The position numbers and the translations under genes are program-made. A stretch of 64,000 nucleotides of DNA from Geosiphon pyriformis uo1 (taxonomy: Eukaryota > Fungi > Glomeromycota): the NCBI GenBank assembly GCA_016748015.1, contig JAAOMT010000470.1, forward strand, positions 175,788 through 239,787, read 5' to 3'. This document shows positions 39,602 to 52,173 of this stretch, piece after piece (the stretch's first letter is position 1; the number at the start of each line of letters is the position of its first letter). Under the pieces are notes generated by a model. It was not told the origin of the DNA, searched no databases, and saw nothing but the letters and a program-made list of their open reading frames with translations.

Positions 39602-42600
39602 TTAGATTTGTTTTATTTATGACAAACTGTCAGCATTTCTATTGTTTTTTCCTTTCTTATAATGTATAGTATAAGTATATTGTGAGAGTGCCATTTTCTA
39701 TCTGGATTGGCAGCCATCATTACATTCTTGCTTTTGAAGTGATGTTAATCCTTTATGATCTGTATATATCAAACTTTTGGCTTAAGTATTTGTTCCACTT
39801 CATAACTGCCCAATAGATTGCTAAGTATTCTTGTTCTGGTGTTCCATAGTTTTTTTCGGCTGGTGTTAAATTTTGGCTGGCATATGCTACTGGATGTTCT
39901 CTGCTGTCTGGTCCTCTCTGAGATAGTACTGCTCTCAATGCTTAGCCAGATGCATCAGTGGTAATGATGAATTGTTTGTTGTGATCTGGATAAATCAGTA
40001 CTGGAGCTTGAATGAGCTTTCTTTTCAGAATATCAAAAGCTTCTTGTTGACTTTCTGTCCATTCATATTTTATATTTTTGTTTTGCAGTTGGTTGAGTGG
40101 CTGCGCTATCTTGGAGAAGTTCTTGATAAAACGTCAATAGTAGCTGGCAAATCCCAAGAATGATTTCAGTTCTGTTATATTGGTCAGCACTGGAAAGTTC
40201 TTTACTATCTCTATTTTCTCTGGATCTGTTTTGATGCTGTCTTTGCTGACTATGTGTCCCAAGAATTTTAGTTCTGTCTTGCCAAAGAAGCACTTTGTTG
40301 CATTTAACTTTAGTCTTGCTCTTCTTAGTCTTTCAAACACTTGTTGAAGATAATGAAGATGATTATTAAATGTTTTTGAGAATACATTGGTGTCATCCAA
40401 GTATACAACTATTAATTTCCACAATAAGCCAGTATAAATGATTTCCATTAACCATTGGAAAGTGGCTGGAGCGTTGGTTAAGCCAAATGGCATCACTTCA
40501 AATTCAAAATTCCCTTCTCTAGTAGTGAATGCCATCTTCTCTTTGTCGGCTGAATTCATGGCTACTTGCCAGTAACTACTGTTCAAGTCTAATGTTGAGA
40601 ACCATTTGTTCCTGCCAAAAGTGTCGAATAATTCCTGTATTCGTGGAGTTGGATAACTGTCTCCACGAGTTACACCATTGAGTTTCTTGTAGTCCACACA
40701 AAATTGAATTTTTCTATTTTTTTTATGGACAAGTACCACTGGTGATAACCATGGGCTCATTAATAATTGAATTAGTTTGTTGTCAAGCATTCAGTTTATC
40801 TCTTAACGAATGATCTCGTGGCTGGCTGGTGGCACTCTGTATGCTTTTTGTTTAATTGGTATTGTATTTTCAGTTTTAATCTGATGCTGGATGATGTCAG
40901 TTTAGCCAAACTTGTTTTCACTGGCAAAAATGTCATTGAAATTGTTGAGCAATATCTTGAGCTGCATATGTTGTAGTGGATCTAGATTTCCCATGTTCAT
41001 TTGTTCCAATTGTTTTGGTTAGAACAAATAACATTCGTTTCATCCATAGATTGTTTGTGATGTGATGTTGACATATCTACAAAGTTGTGGAAAGTTTGGA
41101 ATAGGGTTTGGTGGTTGGTCTTCTATTTCTGTGGTTAAATATCCAATGGTGGTTCTTTCTAGTATGTTGATAACATTGTCAGTGTTGTTGTAGATGGGAA
41201 TTTTTATGTGGCTATAGCTTTTGGCTGGTAGGTGGAAATTGATCAGTCTAATCTCTCCTGATTCACAAAGGTTTGCTTCAGCTTCAAAAATCTGTTCTTG
41301 CTCTTTTTTCTTCTTTTCTATTGCTAGCATGTACTAGTTATATGGTGGAATGGAAATAGCTTGACCAGTTGAGATAATTTTTCCTTGGCCAACAATTTCT
41401 TCCTCTGTCATATTAATTAGTACATCTATTCTATCTATTGACCCAAATCCCTGTATCCCTCTTACTGTTATTCCTAATTCTTCCTTATTTTCCATTGGTA
41501 CTAACTAAGCTATCTTAACCAATGGTAAGAATATTGCCTGTGTTATCTTTTCATTTGGCTGTATTATATAGGTCTTTTTTGAGTCATTTTGTAGCATAGC
41601 AATGATATTTCCTACATATCCCACATCAATTATTCCTCCTCTTATATTAATCTCTCTTTTTACTAAACTACTCTGGAATGCTAGTTGAACTATTGTTGTT
41701 GCTGGGATTTCCAGTGCTATTTTCAGGTCAATGCAGGTGCATGAATGTGATTTCAATTTGATGACATCTTTTCCTGGATATCTTAGATCAAACCCTGTAC
41801 CGGTATCATGCACTCGTTCTGGCATGATGTCTTTGCTATTGTCACTGTATTATTTCAACTCCTGTTCTTTAGAGAGATCTGGTAGAGCAATGTATTGTTT
41901 GTAGTTAAGATTGGAGTCTGAATTGTTGATATTTTTGTTGCCATATTGCATGGAACTGGAACTGGTGTTTTCATTGTCATTATTGTTGGAGTTTAAATTG
42001 AGATTGTAAACTAATTTCGATTCCAATGCGCAGCTGTTGGTTGGTTCCTCTTTCTTAGGGATTGTGTAGATCATGTATGGTAGTGGATTGTAGATGAGGT
42101 CACACTTATCACAATATTGAAAGTTACATGAAATTAAACAGTGGTCACATAATCTGGTGTTTATTTCTTCCAAGTATTGCTCCTGTTTCTCTCTTGTGGG
42201 TGCTAACTCCTGGTAATGTTCATGAAATTGCTCTGGATCTAAAAAATTTATGACTGGTTCTGGGTCCCAGTCAAGTTCTATGGGCTCTGGAGGATTGTTC
42301 TTGATCTTTCTGATCTCTTTGGGTGTTGCTCCTTTTATTTTGGTGATTGCCATTTTCCAAATTTTGTTGTCGTCATGTGAACAACTATCTAGTCGTTGCA
42401 TGGCTCTTCTCTAGGCTGCTTCTATTGGGGTTCTTTTCCTTATCCAGTCGCTTATTAGAATTGTGTATTGACATGACATGTCACACGTTCTTCTATGTCT
42501 TGGAATGTTGTTCCATATCCCTTTATCTAACAGGGTCTTCCCACAAGCGAGACAAAGTTGGTTATCCCATTTTTCTTGTCTCTTTAGTCATTCAAAGTGT

Positions 42601-45275
42601 TTAAATATGCATGGATGATAGTAAAACTTTGTTGCGATGTGGTATTCCTTATTGTTGCCACAGCATGCGCCCATTGACGACAGTTTCTTGCTGCAATTGA
42701 CGCATACAAGCTTTGGCTGATGATAATTGGATTGTTGTGGAGTGTGATGGGTGTAAGAATTATAAATAGTAGCAGTTGGTGGCATTTCTTCTTTCTTTTC
42801 TTTTCTTTTTCCCTTATCTTTGTTTCATTCCCAACTTGAGACTTCTTCTTGTTCATTGTCAGTCCAAGTCAGATCATCAGTTTCCCAGATAAATTCATTT
42901 GTTTGCTTTTTTTTCTTGTTGTCATCCCAAGAGAGTATTGGTGGCAGCTCATTGTACTCTTCGTTAGCCCACGACACTTGGTAAGCTTCCCAGGTAGGTT
43001 TTGGTTTCTCTTCCTCAAAGTTAATTAGTGGTGCCATGGTGTTGGTAGTCTTAAAGTGGCCACACATTGCTGGTACATGCATGTGTCACCAGTTCTGGCT
43101 GATTTAAAGCTCTTGTGTGTTCCAGTCCAGAGTGACATTTGTCTTGGACAGCTAGTCATTACCAATTAGAGCTTGGTATTGGATGGCTTCCATAACAAGT
43201 ACTTTAATTGGAACTATAATGCCATTAATTTCAATTGGTAAGTCATTGATTTTACCAATTGGAGTCTTGGTTGCTCTATTAGTCATGATGATTCTGGCAC
43301 TAGCAGCTCAATCAACTCGGTGACCTAATTGATCCATGAGTTGTCATGTGATGATGCTGCCTGCTGAACCACTGTCAAGAATTAGTTTGATGGGATGGCC
43401 ATCAATTTTCACATTAGTGTACATGGCTGTAATTGGCTTTTCTTCTAGTGCAGCTCCACTGAATAATGGCATGGTTAACAGTTTCTTAAGTTCGAATGGA
43501 AAAATGGCGTCTAGAGATTCATCTTCAGTGATTGTGGCAGGTAGAATGTTGCTGGTAGGTGCTTGTTTGAGTTCTCAGTTGTTGGGTGTGGCATTTTCTG
43601 AAGTAACCAAGAGACTTAAATAGTTTTGGGAATTCAGGTTTTGGATGGCGCCTGTACTCGAATTCCGAGAACGGGGTCCTGAGCTTTGATAAGAGGAGCT
43701 GGAGATTGGTTGATGAACAACCATTGCTGATCTCTAATTTTGAGCAATTCTGGATCTCGGGTTTCCTGATTTCATTGTAGCTGAGTTTTGGAGCAGTGTT
43801 TGGATTGATGGTTGAGACTAATAAATTATTTGGGGCTGCGGCTGATAAATTATTGAAGGCTGCTGTTGATAAATTGCTGGTGGCTGCGGTTGATAAACTG
43901 GAGGTTGATATACTGGCAGTTGATAGATTGGTTGCTGCATTATTAGCAGGTAAGTATTTTGATATTGGTTTTGATCTTGATTTAGATAATGATTCAGAGT
44001 TTGGAACTGGCAATCAGGATTTCTGTATTGATTTCCCAATCATTGGTTGCTATAAGTATGGCAATTAACTCGAATATAGCCTTGTTTACTACAGTTATGG
44101 CAAACACGTGTTTCTGGCTGCCATGACTGACTAGGTGCTGCAGATGATAATGGATGTGACTGATTTTGGAAATGATTCATGTTTCCTGAATTATTGCATC
44201 ATTGTAGTGGTTGATATATGATGCGATTGTCAACTAAGTATCCCTTTAATTTCTGATTAATTGACTCACTGAATTGTTTCAATTTGGAATCCAATTCAGA
44301 TGATCTATTCATGACTAGGTTTACTGCTTGGGCGTGGTTGGCTTCTAACTCAGCTGCTTCAAAATCTCTGGCATGTGTAACTGTGGTAGGAAGGTCAACT
44401 GAATGCATTGGGCATATTTGTTGGAGGAGGTTACTGCACAAACCTCTAATAAATTAGTTCAAAATCTGTGGTGCTATAAAATAGTCAGCTTAAATTGCTT
44501 GGATTTGGTGCAGGTTTCTATGAAAGCATCCCAAGTAAGTGGTGACTGCTTCAGTCTCTCCTTGTTTGATGGTGATGAAAAGGTTAGCTAACTTGTTAAT
44601 GCTATTATTGTTACTGAAATATCTTAAGAATTCTGTCTTGAAGTCGTTGAAGGTTTGAGATTTGACAGCTAGACTTTGATACTATGCATCTGTGGTGTCT
44701 CTTAGAAAGTATGGGATGGCTTGAAGTGCTCGGGCATCATTTTATCTATTCACAGTAATGGCTTTCTCTACGTCATTCAGTCATACTTGCGCATCATCCT
44801 CTTCACTGATAAAGTTGTCAAGTTTTACAATTGGTATGTAGGCCATTGGGTCTAAGTTAGGTTGTTGTGATGGCTGTTGAAGTGGTTGTTGTTATACTGG
44901 TTGTTGGAGTGGTAGTTGAAATGACTGCTGTATGGGTTTGGCTATTGGATTAATTGGTGGTTGATTGATAACAATTACCGGAGGTAAGTTTTGCTGATTA
45001 ATTAATTCGGGGTTTGGATTGTTCTGTCTTTGATGTTTTGAAGTTTTGATTTCTGAATTTTCTAGATTTAAATTTTGCTGAGCTTGAAGGTTTGGGGTTT
45101 CAACTTTCAGGTTTTTGATAATTGGTTGTTGATAAGTAAATTCTTGATCTTCACTTTTTTCTTCTTCTTTCTCTGATAATTCTCACAGAGTAGTGATTCC
45201 GAAATCTGGTTGTGCTAGTGGTAATCGAATTCCTGATGGCGTTGGGGATTGTGATTTAAATCCTTCAAAATACAT
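39602..45275 (-). pseudogene. E gag-pol, main part (N-terminal piece at 53155-53704)
   Basis: RT 40134-40790 (MPFGLTNAPATFQ, YLDD), dUTPase 41440-41825, LILDSGSAGS near 43370, CHNC.K.G.I..NC knuckle. Confidence 0.93.
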
Positions 45276-46244
45276 TGTTACCAAATGAAATTAGAGATAT
45301 TATTTAGCATAAAATTATCTTATAATTCCTATCATTAATTAGCATATATTATCATTTTAAATGATCACTTATTACATTAGCAAAAAAATGTCCAAAATTA
45401 TTATTTAATTAATAACTCAAATTGTACACAACACAAATGTAACCTAATTGCGATGATCAATCATGCAATACCCTGAACTATGTAACATTCAGAAGTTTGC
45501 CAAAATTTGTAGAAATTTGCTGAAATAATTGATAGTTTACCGAAATATCTAATAGTTTGCCAAAATAACTTGTAGTTCGCCGAAATGTATCTTTAGTTCA
45601 GCAAAATTGTAGAAAATAGCAAAGTTCAAGTTCATAGAATAGTGTTACAACAAGTTGTATAAAAGAAGAGCTTCTCTCTTTGAGAAAATGTATCTTACTT
45701 TAGATTTATCACTTAGAACCATTCCTACATACACAAAAAGAAATAAATATAAAACCAAACTCTTTAAATTATTGCACTTGGAAAATCCTTAAAACCCAAC
45801 TAACATTTTGAAATTGATTAGCTACCAATTTCAGTAAACTGTTAGTGACTCCAGGCCTGGATAGAAAACGTTTCCCTTGATAAAATTTCATTTCTTTTAC
45901 ATTTTTTTTATTTTCTTTTATTTTCTTATCATAATCATTAGAGTAACCTACAGACAAGATTCCTGTAGAAGAGTTGACTTTCACAGCAAAGTAACTACAC
46001 ATTTTTTGTGAACTTCCAGACGAGCAATTTCTGGGAAAGAGTTGACGTTTACTACAATGTAACTACATAAAGCAACTGGCACGGAATTGGCCATTCCACT
46101 TATAAGCCCAGCAGTTCAAATTATAGGAGATAATTTGAAGATAAATTCAGTTATTGGAGGTTCAACCACATCCAGAAAACGTGAATTTACAGCAAATAAG
46201 TATCAACAACATTACAGAAAAGAGACCAAAAACCTCCAGTAATA
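45276..46244 (+). repeat. 5' LTR of G
   Basis: TGTTAC...GTAATA; homologous to the F LTRs. Confidence 0.95.
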
Positions 46245-46292
46245 TTTGGTGCTCTCCCACGGAAATAACACAGCAAAAAAAACAACTTCAAA

Positions 46293-49200
46293 GTGGTGAC
46301 CACACCAGACACAACAACTCTAAAGTATTACCAATCAATTTACACCCACTGCAAGCAAAGATTCAACATTCCAGACGGAATTGAAGTTGTCAAGAAATCA
46401 GTATACCAATACATTAAAAACCGCATCAACAATTATCTTTTTGGAAATTACAATATCTCAGAAGTTAGAAGCAACTTTTACAATAATTTAGCACACTATT
46501 TACAGTTGGAAACTGAAGACCTTAATAGTGAAACACTTGCCACTTACTTTCACAAACTTAATTTTAACATTATCAAATACTGTGAAGAAACATATCCAGT
46601 GCAGTCTCAATACACTATTGATTTTGAATCAGAAACAGAAACAAGCAACAAAGGCAAAAACAAACTAAAGCAATATTCAAGAACCACCCCAAATACTCCA
46701 ACACTACCAAAAACAACTGCCAAACATTTACAAACACCTGAACAAAGAACCAGCTCAAAACTTCCACTTACTATCACACCTTTTCTAGCTTTACTTGCAC
46801 AAACACAAACACCTAATTCACCCTTGAATCAATTTGCAAGACCAGAAGATTTTACATCACTCAGAAGTCCCACCAGACAACAAGAACCCCTTCAAACTAG
46901 TTCCAATCTCCTTGATTTTCTAGCTGAAAATCAAAGTAAACACTCTGTGACAGCAGCAAATGAAGAAAACAACTCTGAAATAACTGAAGAAGAATCAATA
47001 GACAGTGAAAACGAAGAAGACGAAATGACAACATACATCACAAAAATCCCTGAATTCAATGGAGAAGATATTGAGACCAGTCTTCAAGAATGGCTCGACC
47101 AAGTTACTAAAGCTGAAGATGCAAATGGATGGAATGCTGCCAGAATGTTAAGAACAATTCCCTACTTTCTCAAAGAAACAGCAGAAGAATGGTTTGAAAA
47201 CCTTGCCGCCCCATTCAATGATTGGAATGCTTTCAAAGCAGCCTTCCTTGAACAGTTCACCGACAATAATACCTCCATCACTCTTCGCAATTGTTTTCGA
47301 AATATCAAACAAGAACCCTCCAAATCCATTATGACTTATATTGGGAAATTCAACAAACTTCTCAGACGGATTCGCCAACTCGAGACAAATGATTATTATT
47401 CTGATGCTCAAATCTTGGATCAATTTATCACTGGTCTAAAAGATAAACTAATTAAAAAGGTTCACCCACACACGCCAGAAGATTTAAACTCTGCCATACA
47501 GCATGCGAAAAGATACAAAATGGCCATGGAAGAAGCCAATCGTACAAAACTTGTAAATTTGGCAATTGGAGAACCCAGCTCAGCAGCTGAGAAAAAAATT
47601 GACCAACTCACAAAGAAGGTCAAAAACTATTTTTCCAACCAACAACAACAACAACCCCAAAGATATCAACCACCCCAAAAACGAAATCAAAATAACTTTG
47701 CACTACTTTCCAATAACCAGCCCCAGAATTGTCATTACTGTGGAATCTCCGGCCACTGGAAAAGAGATTGCAGAAAGCTACAACGAGACCAACAAAATAG
47801 GGGTAATCAACGTTACTCTCCACCACAGCAATCTTATTATTAACTATTACCACCAGCTTACTATCTATCAAGACCCCAATACCAAAATAACTATTATCAG
47901 CCTGCCCCACAACCAATCCAACAGCAATACCAATAACCACTCACACAACATTATCAAGTACCTGCTCGAAGACTGATTACACAAAATCAATTCACACCAC
48001 AAAACTGATACCAAGTAAACAACAGTAGAATCAATTCAAACAACCAATTGGTTCCCCAAAATACCACTCAACCAAGATCCAACCATTACCACACTCAACT
48101 TAGTTATTTAACAATGCCAGAAGAACAGGATTTTCACCATACTACATCCTCAGAAGGTAGAGCTGCAGCACAACAACAACGAAATCCTTTTCATAACCAC
48201 ACCACTATTCCACCAGCCTGAATTGCTAAAAATGCCAATCTCTCTGATATCTTTCCTTTTGAATTTGAAGCAAATGAATCACCATTCTTGCTTAGCAATG
48301 CAGCGGCTAATGAGCAAAAAGCCATCACTGCAATGTATGCAGAAGCTGAAGTAGAAGGAAAGCCAATTCGCTTGATTCTAGACAGTAGATTTGCTGGAAG
48401 CATTATTACCTACTAGTTAATGCAACAGTTGAAAAGAAATGTTGACCGACCAGCTCAAACAGTAATCGTCATTGCCGATGGCATGAAAAAGACACCAGTA
48501 GGAGAAATTGACAATTTTCCATTCACTCTTGATGGAATCACCATTTCAGTCAAAGTTCTTGTAATGGACGCATTCCAGTACCAAGCTCTCGTCAGAAATG
48601 ATTGGCTTCAAAAAGCCAATGCTAATCTGAATTGGGAAACACAAGAGTTAATAATCTCCTACCAAGGACAACACGCCCGAGTACCTGCCATTTGTAGTAC
48701 ATTCAACAAACGCTCTAAAAAAGCCCCAGCTTTTGAATTTGAACCAGAAGAAGAAAAACCAATAATCGAAACATTTATGGCTCTTGGATCAATGTCCAAC
48801 TGGGCCGATGAAACAGAACAAGAACATTTTATCCCACACACTAAACCTGAAACCTCTGAATGGAATATATCTTACTCAAAACTCGAACCAAGAAAACAAT
48901 GCCCCTATATTCCCCTTAAATGTAAGGACTGCCACAAGAAACTATTGTCAATGGGAGCCTGCATTTCACCTGAAGAAGAATATGAGAATCATACTTGTTA
49001 TTACTGCAAGGCTTGCCACAGAGAGCAATGGGGCCATCTAATAAAAAGGAGCAAAAAATGGAACAATACCCCTTGTTTGACTTGTGGAGATATGCTACCA
49101 GAAGAATGCAATTGGATTGATGTAGCAATGAGAGGAGGCGTCTGCAATCAGACCTGCCAATATGCTTTATCAATTTCAGAAAAAGTAAAAAGAAGAATAC

Positions 49201-51914
49201 TCTTTAATGCAGCATACAATAGTGCTCTCAACAAACTTTATCACTACCCTCATAATGCCGAGATGATTTTCGACTTAGCAATGGCATTAATTAATGGAGC
49301 TACCAAAAAAGATGTTTGTCAAATGAAGGAAGCAGAATACATTGAATACACTATGGAATTAGCTGGATTCAATTATGAAGATGAAGTAGAAGTCTACCAC
49401 CAAATTGCAAATCACACCTACCTGACCCAAGAAGCTCAAATTCAATGATTAGAGCAAATGAACATTAGGCTATGTGAAGAATGCATTATGCCTTGCGATG
49501 AACAGTGGTGTTTTGAATGCTATGCTTTTAGTATCCCCTTGCCCAACGAGAATGATGAGAATGAAATTGAATTTGGAGAACCTAAAGAAACAGAAGAAAT
49601 TGAAACAACACCCATCTACCTTATTGAAAATCAGTCTGCTTTACAACTTAAATACTTCAACAACAACGGACAAGGAATAAAACCCAAAAAGACACACAAA
49701 ATTGATGCTGGATATGACCTAAAATATCCAGGCAAAGATACTCTTGTTCTCAAACCCAAATCTCTCACAAAAATCAACCTCAAAATTGCACTCGAAATCC
49801 CATCAGGAGCAATGGTTCAAATCACCTCCCGGTTCTCTCTGGCAAGCAAAGGAATCAATGTCAGAGGAGGAATTATTGATGCTGGATATACTGGAGACAT
49901 AACAGTGATGCTTCAAAATGAAACTGACAAACCATTTAAGATCGAACATGCTGAAAAAATTGCCCAAGCTATTTACCTACCCTTAATCAACATTTCGGGT
50001 TTGCAACTAGTCAATCAAAGAGAACAATTAAGAAAAAGCGATAAAGGAACCCAAGGTTTTGGTTTAACTGGACGATTCACAGTTCCAGTTAATATAGCTC
50101 TTAACACACAAAACAAATCCCACCAGATTCTCAGACTTCCACAACCAATTACCATCTCACCTTTTGGAGAACATCTGGAAATCTACATTTGCACAAAGCC
50201 AACAACCACACAACAAATTTTTGAGTCCAATGAACAAGTCTGCTTGGAACATAATATTTTGATCCCAAACATTTATATTCTAGAAGAAACAAAGAAAGTC
50301 CGAGTTACTTTTTACAACCCCAATAATTACCCCATAATTTTATTAAATAATTTAGAAATTGGAGTTATTTACAGTAATATATTTCAATAAGAATTACCCC
50401 AAACAGTCCCTGATTTCCCTGAAATTATTGGACATTCACTACTGAAAATCAACCCAAACCCTAGCTCTGAAAACTACTATGTTGTCATGGAAAAACTATC
50501 TTGAATCAACATGGGACAACTTGAACTATAACAACAAACCCAGCTCAAAGAACTAATTGCAGAATTTGCTGATATCTTCGCCGAAAACAACAATAACTTA
50601 GGAAGAACTGATTTGGTTCAACACCAAATCTATACAGAAGATGCCAAACCCAGATGACAACAAGTCTACCGAGTTGCTCCAGAAAGTCACCAATTTATCT
50701 GAGAAGAAGTACAACGGATGCTTAACAATAGGCTTATTCAACCATCAATAAGCCCATGGGCCTCACCTGTGGTTCTAGTTAAAAAGAAAAATGGAAAGAT
50801 ATGATTTTGTGTTGATTACTGACAACTCAACAGTGTCACCATTGAGGATGCCTACCCTCTTCCCCAAATTGATAATATGTTGGATGCCCTTGGAAAGTCC
50901 AAATACTTTTCGACATTAGATTTAGAGAGTGAATACTGGCAAGTTGCTATGGATCCCAAAGACCGCCCCAAAACAGCATTCACCACTCAAGGAGGAAATT
51001 ATGAATTCAATGTAATGCTTTTCAGATTATGCAATGCACCAGCAACATTCCAAAGACTCATGGATGTTGTTTACAAAGGCCTCCTTTGGAAATCAGTAGT
51101 AGTTTATCTTGATGACATTGATGTTTATTCACCATCTTTTGAGCTACATTTAAGTCACCTGCGAGAAGTTTTTCAATAATTACGGAAAGCAGGATTGAAA
51201 CTAAACATTGAAAAATGCTACTTCGGAAAAACAAGTTTAGCTTTTCTTGGTCATATTGTTAGCAAAGATAGAATTAAACCAAACCCTGGAAAAATCAGTA
51301 CTATCAAGAACTTTAAGACTTCACAAAATACCACAGAATTAAAAGGATTTATTGGATTAGCATCTTATTACCGAAAATTCATCAAAGGATTCTCAGAAAT
51401 TGCAAAACCCTTCAACCAGCTCACTACTAAAAATGTCGAATACAAATAGACAGAAGAACACCAAAATGCCTTCGAGATACTTAAAGAAAAACTCACAACA
51501 GCTCCAATCCTCACCTACCCAGATTTTAGCAACCGATTCTGGTTAGCAACTGACGCCTCTTATACTGCCTTTGGTGCCATCCTATTACAGTTAGATGACA
51601 ATGGAAATGAGCAAGTAATTGCTTATGCTAGTAGAACATTAAAGCCAGCCGAAAAGAACTACCCCACAACAGAATTAGAAACCGCAGCAGTAATCTGGGC
51701 CCTACATCACTTCAACCTTTACTTCAGACTCAAAGAATTCAATATTATCACTGATAATATTGGACTTAAATGGCTTCAAAACAAAAACACCCAGCTGAAC
51801 ACAAAACAAATCCAATGGACAAGATTTTTAGCTAATTACCGATACATCATACACCACAAACCAGGAAAACTCCACACCAATGTTGATTGTCTCTCAAGAA
51901 TGAGGCAAGATTAG
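46293..51914 (+). pseudogene. G gag-pol: one 1874-codon frame (Gag, CCHC, PR, Cys-rich, dUTPase, RT, RNase H) broken only by nonsense mutations
   Basis: ORF-track pieces starting at 46293, 48420, 49458, 50877 and 51195 are all in frame; CHYCGISGHWKRDC; DAGYDL/GIIDAGYTG/KIAQ/GTQGFG; YLDD; ends CLSRMRQD*. Confidence 0.95.
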
Positions 51915-52173
51915 AAAACAAAACCAACACCCATCTGAATTAACAGCATCAAAACAACAAACAATGAACTCTGAAAACTACAACAATCTCAAACAATATT
52001 TTCTACACAACAACATTATCTATTATTAAAATTTCAAAAACCCAACCAAACCACTCAGATTAATACAAGAACCAGAAAAAGAGACCAAATTTTTTCAATA
52101 ATTTTGGATTATTATCTGGAAATAACAGACAGTACTTGGACTTCGATGGAGCTCAGTCTTGAGGAGGAGGTTA

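Noticed and set aside
43525-44013. Ser/Thr-rich mucin-like ORFs (also 25235-25636, 35096-35293)
   Set aside because: These are shadow frames of the Q/Y/P-rich gag linker; the frame containing the zinc knuckle and protease is the other one.
45769-46002. Antisense ORF in the G LTRs (also 52679-52933)
   Set aside because: Its repetition only reflects LTR duplication; the equivalent frame in the F 5' LTR hits a stop, and no motif is recognisable.
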